A stretch of 41,158 bases of DNA, taken from positions 1,116,468 to 1,157,625 of the forward strand of contig NC_069000.1 in the NCBI RefSeq assembly GCF_001194135.2, given 5' to 3'. Positions within the stretch are counted from its first letter, which is position 1, and every line of letters begins with the position of its first letter. The position numbers and the translations under genes are program-made. This DNA is from Octopus bimaculoides. Taxonomy: Eukaryota. A model generated the notes under the pieces. It was not told the origin of the DNA and searched no databases. It worked only from the letters and a program-made list of their open reading frames with translations. Below are positions 34,747 through 41,158 of this stretch, piece after piece.

Positions 34747-35337
34747 GATCATATTGTGATATTAGAAAGAGAAGCTGCATTTGTGAGAATAGTAACTTCA
34801 AAAAGGTAATTGTAGACATTTTCTTAGTTTTGAAATGAATAAAGGACAGGATCCAAGTATTTTTGTGAAGATGGTCCAAGAATTAAGAAAAGAATTTTCA
34901 TTTCGTTTTGCTGATTTTCGCTTGCCTGCTGCAAATGAATGAGCTGAAGCCGTTTATTACTGCATTTGATGTGGACGTGAACAATACATCAGAAAATTAT
35001 CAAATGAAATTGATTGAAATGAAGTAAGACGACGACATATTGCGATCGAAATTTCATTGGAAAGATGCGTTAGTGCTTGACTTCTATAGGAAATATATTC
35101 ATCCAAGAGGGAATTATCCAAACTTAGCTATCCATGCAAAAAAAGTTGGCAATCATTGTTTGACCAGTAGTCGTCTGTATGGGCAATTATTTTCAAAAAT
35201 GAAGCTCACCAAGAACCATTTGAGAACAAAATTGACCGATGCCTATTTGGCTAATGTCTTGTTTATTGGCATCAAAAAGTCTGAAACTCAATATGGAGGA
35301 ATTTTCGAGCGACAAACAGCATCAAATTTCACAGTGA
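34747..35337 (+). mobile_element. hAT transposase C-terminal fossil, SPIN/GTF2IRD2/Buster-like
   Basis: Peptides KLHL*E**LQKGNCRHFLSF / VQELRKEFSFRFADFR / FDVDV...YQMKLIEMK*DDDILRSKF / DFYRKY...YPNLAIHAKK / QLFSKMKLTKNHLRTKLTDAYLANVL / DKQHQISQ* are colinear with the hATC dimerisation region (LxxEFxxRFxDF; QMELIELQ; EQLFSxMKxxKxxxRSxLTDxHL; KQCQxSH). Contains stops and frameshifts. Confidence 0.85.
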
Positions 35338-35581
35338 TTCATCGGTTGTTTGCATTAAAATTCAATCATTTTCTTTTTTATCCTAAATTTATCGCCATTC
35401 AAAGCATCCTGTTCGTTTTGAAGATTTGTTGTGTCTTTTAACAGATTCCAAAGATACTCTGATTCTGACGAAACCGAGTTCTTTGATTAAGTGGTAGCCT
35501 TCAGAAATCAGGAAAAACATTTTTTCAACAATGTGTTATTCATTTCATGACAAATATAAGATGTATTTCAATAGATAATTC

Positions 35582-35582
<1 letters not shown>

Positions 35583-35645
<63 letters not shown>

Positions 35646-35990
35646 GAATGAGAGAGCAGTGCATGCCATCAGAGTGACACCGGGGTACAAATATACGAAA
35701 CCCAATATACCCATCATGACTACCCGTCTGACAAGGTTACGCCAGGCACAGGCATCACAACCATGAGTGATGTATTCAGACAGAGATCGATGTGCTCATT
35801 GCATTTTGGGACACACGGAGAAACATGCCGCGGTGTGTAGCAAGCATGTTCACAGATCGGTTCTTTACCATTAAATATCCACATTTTGCCTCATCACGTG
35901 AGGGTGGAGTCCCTCCAGCTTTACGCGGGATGTCCACCCCATCACATGACACACCAGCCAAGCGTGCTACCCTCAGCTACACATGGGGAG
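35583..35990 (-). mobile_element. Probable non-LTR retroelement 3' end with (AAT)21 tail
   Basis: A perfect (ATT)n tract at 35583-35645 abuts GC-richer unique sequence; read on the minus strand this is an element ending ...CTCTCTCATTCAATAATAAT. No second copy in the window. Confidence 0.45.
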
Positions 35991-36523
35991 TCTTCCTGCT
36001 ATTTCCTGCAGAGAGGTGGGTTTTGCACGATGGAGTTCTGATCTTTGGCAGAGAGCAGTTATTTCGCAGGCAACCACAGCTCTTCCTTCGTCGCATACAT
36101 TGTTCCTGGCCTCCAGCAGAAGTTATATCTCGTATTTGTGTTTCCTGTTCTATTCAGCATACGTCATCATTATGTACCAACTGAATGTGTATAATTTCTG
36201 GCCGTTCCTTCAAGATGTTTCTTTCCAGTTTTGCCGTCTTTAATGCTTTTAACGGATTGAATAAATCGTCGCACTTAATCCTGATTTCCTCGTTCTTCCT
36301 TTATCTTTACCTACAGCCATATTGAAACCAGCATGATTTATCAACTCAACTTTCAGCCGTTAAAGGTGCAGCAAAAATATTCAACTTTTCTAAATATCCG
36401 GGCATTTTCTGAGTCATCTAAAAAAAAAGAGAGAGAACAAAGAAATAGACATTCGCGGCACACCTGCGGTTTCATACACGGCACACATTGTACGACGGGG
36501 CACAAAACGTGAAAGCATCGGTT

Positions 36524-36569
<46 letters not shown>

Positions 36570-37119
36570 NNNNNNNNNNNNNNNNNNNNNNNNNNNNNNN
36601 NNNNNNNNNNNNNNNNNNNNNNNNNNNNNNNNNNNNNNNNNNNNNNNNNNNNNNNNNNNNNNNNNNNNNNNNNNNNNNNNNNNNNNNNNNNNNNNNNNNN
36701 NNNNNNNNNNNNNNNNNNNNNNNNNNNNNNNNNNNNNNNNNNNNNNNNNNNNNNNNNNNNNNNNNNNNNNNNNNNNNNNNNNNNNNNNNNNNNNNNNNNN
36801 NNNNNNNNNNNNNNNNNNNNNNNNNNNNNNNNNNNNNNNNNNNNNNNNNNNNNNNNNNNNNNNNNNNNNNNNNNNNNNNNNNNNNNNNNNNNNNNNNNNN
36901 NNNNNNNNNNNNNNNNNNNNNNNNNNNNNNNNNNNNNNNNNNNNNNNNNNNNNNNNNNNNNNNNNNNNNNNNNNNNNNNNNNNNNNNGGGGGGGGGGGAG
37001 AAAGAGCGAATAATGGAGACAAGATTAGAGAGAATAATCAGGTAAGAGGAGATGGAGAGAGATTTTTTAGTTGAGTGAAATACAGCAGAAGATGCACACA
37101 CACAAACAAAGAGGAAGAC

Positions 37120-37166
<47 letters not shown>

Positions 37167-37577
37167 AAGATAAGTTGATAGAAAGATAGGTAGATAAGGA
37201 GAGAGACGGAAAGAAGGGGAGGAGAGAGAGGCATGTAGAAAAAGGCAGTGGGAATGGAAAAAAAATCACAGAATAACATAAGGAAAAGAGATAAACAAAG
37301 AGAGAGGGGGAAAGAGACAAAAAGAGAGAGACGGGAGAAAAACGAAGAAAAGGGGGGAAGAGGGGGGAGAAGGAAGAGAAGAGAAACAAAAAAAGAAAAG
37401 GAAAATTAATCATTGAATGTTGACAGTAATGTCTTTTTTTTTTGTTTCAGTAAATTTCTGTCGGGTTTTCGCCATCTTGACACATCTGCATCCTTTTTAG
37501 GAGTTTAAACGTTTTATCCATCACCTCTAGAGCGGCGGCGGAGGGGAGGGGGAGATGGGGGTCTTTAAGTGGTTACA

Positions 37578-37720
37578 GGATTTGCTAGAAATGGTAGACA
37601 GATCTCACTTGAAATATAATCATCGCATAATTTAACATGTTGCAGATGGAAAGGACGCAGTGAATTAAGTAGTCTTAAGACATTTCCTTAAAAAATACGT
37701 GAAGGTCACGGTTAGAATTC
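37578..37720 (+). repeat. GCTAGAAATAGCAG-family repeat, degenerate
   Basis: TTTGCTAGAAATGGTAGACAGATCTC...AAGTAGTCTTAAGAC...GGTCACGGTTAGAAT. Confidence 0.4.
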
Positions 37721-38402
37721 TTTTGGGGGTTTTGCTAAATGTCTTCTAATCAAGTTTTTCAAATTCTCACCGGATTATTTTCAATAAATAGAATTCTCGT
37801 TTACCTTTTGCCTAATGAAATTGGTAATAAGAATATTGCAATAGTTGAAAATTATGTAATCTTACCCAATCGGAAGCCTCTATTTTGGCAGTCCTGGAAG
37901 TCGTGACTCTATCCCCACTTCGTACGTACGTATGTATGTATGTATGTATATACGTACGTGTAAATATATATATATTGATGAAGTGCCTCTCCAATGTCTA
38001 AACCCACAAATATTATGTGATTTTTCATATAGAAATGGAGATGGTACGGAAACATTTGTAACTTATATGAACGTTTGCATGTGTGTATGCACGCAGGAAT
38101 GCTTGCATGTATGTATGTATGTTTGTATGTATATATGTATGTGTGTATCTGTGTATGTATGTATACATGCATACATACATAGAAGTGTACATTCAGACAA
38201 GCATACATACAAATATATACATAATACATGCATACATGCATAGATACATACGTACATAGAAATATAAATACATAAGCTTAAAAGAAATGTTTCTGAATGA
38301 AGGGATGTTTCCGAAACGTCATATCTCTCTTCCCCCAACAGCAGGGAATTTATCTTGACTCATACACCTTAGAGAACAGAACACATATAAACTCTCCAGG
38401 TC

Positions 38403-38590
38403 GGTTGTCTGACAGCCATGACTGGGTTCTCTTGCTTGTGTTGCATGGTGCAGAGTCCTGTTTCCAGACATAGGGTGTTCCAGCAGCCACCCTCTTGACC
38501 CAGGGCAGCACTTCCTCTAAGCACTTGATGTGTTGTGTCTGAGGCCGAGTGGGAAGATGAATGGAGACATAACGTCGCCATCACGAGTGC
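38403..38590 (-). mobile_element. Tc1/mariner superfamily maT (DD37D)-type transposase fragment
   Basis: Minus strand reads DGDVMSPFIFPLGLR, then after a frameshift HIKCLEEVLPWVKRVAAGTPYVWKQDSAPCNTSKRTQSWLSDN; this carries the second catalytic Asp in the QQDSAPxH-type motif. Confidence 0.85.
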
Positions 38591-38610
38591 GGTACATGGT
38601 TTGAGGACTT

Positions 38611-38814
38611 CACTGCTTGACAACTAGTGTTGGTACATTTACGTCTCCGTCACTTAGCAGATCAGCAAAGAACACCGATGAATTAAGTTCCAAGGTTTAA
38701 AAAATGACAACTACTGGGGTAGATTCATTTGCACGAGAACTCTTCAAGGCGGTGCCCCAGCATGGCCACAGTCTTAATGACTGAAACAAGTAAAAGCATA
38801 AAAGAAAAAAAAGA
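38611..38814 (+). mobile_element. CORE-type SINE tail half
   Basis: GCTTGACAAC...CTTCAAGGCGGTGCCCCAGCATGGCCACAGTCTTAATGACTGAAACAAGTAAAAG. Confidence 0.8.
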
Positions 38815-38829
38815 ACATGTTTCCCTCTT

Positions 38830-39010
38830 CGTAGTGGTGTAGGGCAAACCGGAAGTTTAAGCCCACCAACCAATCTCCGCTGAGGATTTCGCACTCATTT
38901 CGTTTTACCTCCGTCGCTTGGCTCGGGCATCAGCGTCAGCCCCGCACCCACCATCTCAGCCACCGTTATCCTGCTTTCTCCGTATGGATTTGAAGCCTTA
39001 TACCCACGGA
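38830..39010. promoter_or_regulatory. CpG-rich promoter-like patch
   Basis: ETS motif CCGGAAGT (38849-38856) and CCAAT (38870-38874) in CpG-rich unique sequence; no linked gene is visible. Confidence 0.25.
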
Positions 39011-39139
39011 AAAAGAAAATCGATATTATTAATTTCCTTCAGAAATATACACGGGCGAAACGCAAACTACAAACCGATAGAATATACATGCAAATGATAA
39101 GCTTCTAGGAGCATTTCCCCATTTCTGAATACAACTGCG

Positions 39140-39190
<51 letters not shown>

Positions 39191-39539
39191 GCGCAAATAC
39201 ATACACAAAGGCATACATTAATAACCTTCGTTCACACACTAATATTTATTAGACTGACACACATGAACATTCCTCGGCGCGTGGAAAAGTCAAGTGTACA
39301 TTCGCAATGCTATTTGTCCATTAACTTCCCTGAATAAGCTCGACTCGTGAACAAGATCCAGTGTCCTGCTGAGTGAAGTCTACAAAATGAGGTTTTAATT
39401 CCCTGAAGACCATTGTTTATTTATGCTCCTCTGCTCCTGACCTTAAGGAGAGACATGAGTACAAACCAGTGTCCCATTCTCCACTCTGCTCTGTAGTGCA
39501 AGGGCTTAGTGAAACTATATAGACGCTCGCGTGCGTGTG

Positions 39540-39570
<31 letters not shown>

Positions 39571-39841
39571 ACACATGTACATGCACATGTTGCATGCATA
39601 CATATATATATATATATATATATACATACACACACACACACACACACAAGATAGCCTTTGAAATTTCGTGATATTGTGCACACATATGCATACATATTTA
39701 CATACATGTATACATAAAGGTATACATACACACATACATACATACATGCGTATATAATTTTGTGGAATTAGATATATATATACGTACGTATGTATGTATG
39801 TATGTATGTATGTATGTATATATGTATGTATGTATGTAAAT

Positions 39842-40012
39842 AGGCGCCGGATTGGCTGTGTGGTAAGTAGCTTGCTTACCAACCACATAGTATGGGTTCA
39901 GTCCCATTGCATGGCACCTTGGGCAAGTGTCTTCTACTATAGCCTCGGGCCGACCAAACACTTGTGAGTGGATTTGGTAGACGGAAGCTGAAAGAAGCCC
40001 GTTGTATATATT
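39842..40012 (+). mobile_element. CORE-type SINE head plus CORE, running into (TG)n; tail absent
   Basis: A-box TGGCTGTGTGG, B-box GGGTTCAGTCCC, ACCTTGGGCAAGT (39916-39928; identical to the MIR/CORE core motif), then GAAAGAAGCCCG. Confidence 0.88.

Positions 40013-40014
<2 letters not shown>

Positions 40015-40104
<90 letters not shown>
40015..40104. repeat. (TG)n microsatellite expanded from the SINE-internal tract
   Basis: Direct reading. Confidence 0.95.
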
Positions 40105-40105
<1 letters not shown>

Positions 40106-40194
40106 AAGCGCATGTGTGTAGCAGCTGTGTACATATATGCTTTGTGCGTGTAGCGTGTGTGCGTTCATGTGTAACTATGTGAGTGTGTGTATGT

Positions 40195-40296
40195 GTGAGA
40201 GAGAGAGAGAAAGAAAGTGAGAGAGAGAGAGAAAGAAAGTGAGAGAGAGAGAGAAAGAAAGTGAGAGAGAGAGAGAAAGAAAGTGAGAGAGAGAGA
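40195..40296. repeat. 22-bp minisatellite GTGAGAGAGAGAGAGAAAGAAA, 4 full copies plus a partial
   Basis: Units start at 40195, 40217, 40239, 40261 and 40283. Confidence 0.92.
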
Positions 40297-41158
40297 CTGT
40301 ACGTAACATAAGCGTCTACATTTATTGATTCTTGATTTTATCCCATTAAAAAGAGTGCTGTTTCTCCGTTAATAAACGGAAACAAACCCCACTCCCCTAC
40401 AGGAGTTTAGATCGCAACCACAGTGACGTTGCAAAAGGCCTTACCTATTTTCATTATATCCTGAATTATCAGCATGTATTACAAGGTCCTTTTCATCGCC
40501 TGAAAATTACAGATCTCTTTCAAGGTTATTACTTGAAACCCTTTTAACAGCAACACGCCTGACACCGACCCTACTAAGATGTTCAGATTTGAATCGTAAA
40601 ATTATGTCCCGAAAATGCAGCGCTGCTCATCGTCAGCAGTTATACAGTCACAGATAGTTTACTTAACTCATCCAAAATCTGATTTACAAAATTATTAAAA
40701 CACATAGGCAATTTATTCATTCTTGCACTCTTAATGCCTTCTGAAACGGGCATTTCACTTGAAATATAAAGACGAAATATTTCTAAGGTAACATTTAAAA
40801 TCCCTTTGTTATCATTAATGTTTAATGTTCGATTTGCATTGATATAAAGTTCTATATAATACATTGATTTCTTACACAGTCTACAATACTTGACATAAGC
40901 TACACCGCTATCTATATTCATTAGAAATATAACCACGAAAAGAAACAGAAACAAGACTGCCAATGATTAAAGGTAGAACAGTGAATTTATAAACTTTATA
41001 CGCTTTAGTTGTCCATAAATATTCTTTATGCCAAGTGTTGCTTAAATGTTTCAATAGTTTGGCAACTGGCGTCCACTTCACTCAACCTTTTGTTTTCTAT
41101 CCGACACATCATTTGTTGGACGTTTTTCTTTATATATATCAGCATATATATATATATA

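Noticed and set aside
35755-35880. Minus-strand peptide ICEHACYTPRHVSPCVPKCNEHIDLCLN resembling the piggyBac Cys-rich C-terminus
   Set aside because: Ligand spacing is imperfect, no upstream DDD domain or TTAA/TIR was found, and the segment ends in an (AAT)n tail more typical of a retroelement.
36414-37413. Long ORFs spanning N runs (also 682-1137, 4084-4461, 24874-25665 and 32562-32888)
   Set aside because: Their length comes from assembly gaps translated as X.
37470-37479. YY1-like CGCCATCTTG (and CAAGATGGC at 2109-2117) as promoter or start-codon markers
   Set aside because: Isolated short motifs; the associated ATG opens only a very short frame.
39850-39912. tRNA-like A and B boxes (also 7940-7990, 23155-23225 and 33060-33119)
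   Set aside because: No complete cloverleaf, and each continues into SINE body sequence; SINE heads, not tRNA genes.
39417-40182. ORFs rich in HT/CV/YI dipeptides (also around 2212-2608, 22354-22633, 26190-26873 and 28074-28677)
   Set aside because: Translations of (CA)n, (TG)n, (TA)n and (TACA)n microsatellites; not genes.
40640-40963. 107-aa minus-strand ORF with a signal-peptide-like start and two N-glycosylation sequons
   Set aside because: The start codon is TTG with a stop two codons upstream, and the first ATG lies after the hydrophobic stretch. No family motif. It could only be an internal exon (weak acceptor present), which cannot be supported without RNA data.

Overview
Eukaryotic, microsatellite-saturated scaffold with seven N-gaps (748-1037, 4146-4389, 7424-7433, 22384-22408, 25230-25531, 32762-32830, 36570-36988). 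The interspersed SINE families, repeat load and gene type suggest a coleoid cephalopod, most likely Octopus (inference, no database search). Only one protein-coding gene is supported: a 931-aa C2H2 zinc-finger protein encoded by one uninterrupted ORF (15188-17983, +). It has 15 canonical fingers and no recognisable KRAB, ZAD, BTB or SCAN domain. Splice signals suggest non-coding exons on both sides of it, and it sits in a CpG-poor domain of about 11 kb. The rest is transposon debris: two RTE-clade LINE RT fossils, a mariner 5' end, a maT/DD37D fragment, a SPIN/GTF2IRD2-like hAT fossil, a pair of hAT-type MITEs and several SINE-like families. Most interesting observations: (1) a five-times repeated di-finger module (ESGNLxR + QASHxxK) conserved in protein but diverged at synonymous sites; (2) a 491-bp near-perfect foldback with a slippable apex; (3) a 1.3-kb unclassified element with octamer/CCAAT inverted repeats; (4) an 83-nt pre-miRNA-like hairpin; (5) a possible spliced uORF and 3'-UTR introns around the ZNF ORF. 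All family assignments come from manual translation and motif recognition. Nearly all other ORFs in the track are artefacts of microsatellites, gaps or antisense frames.
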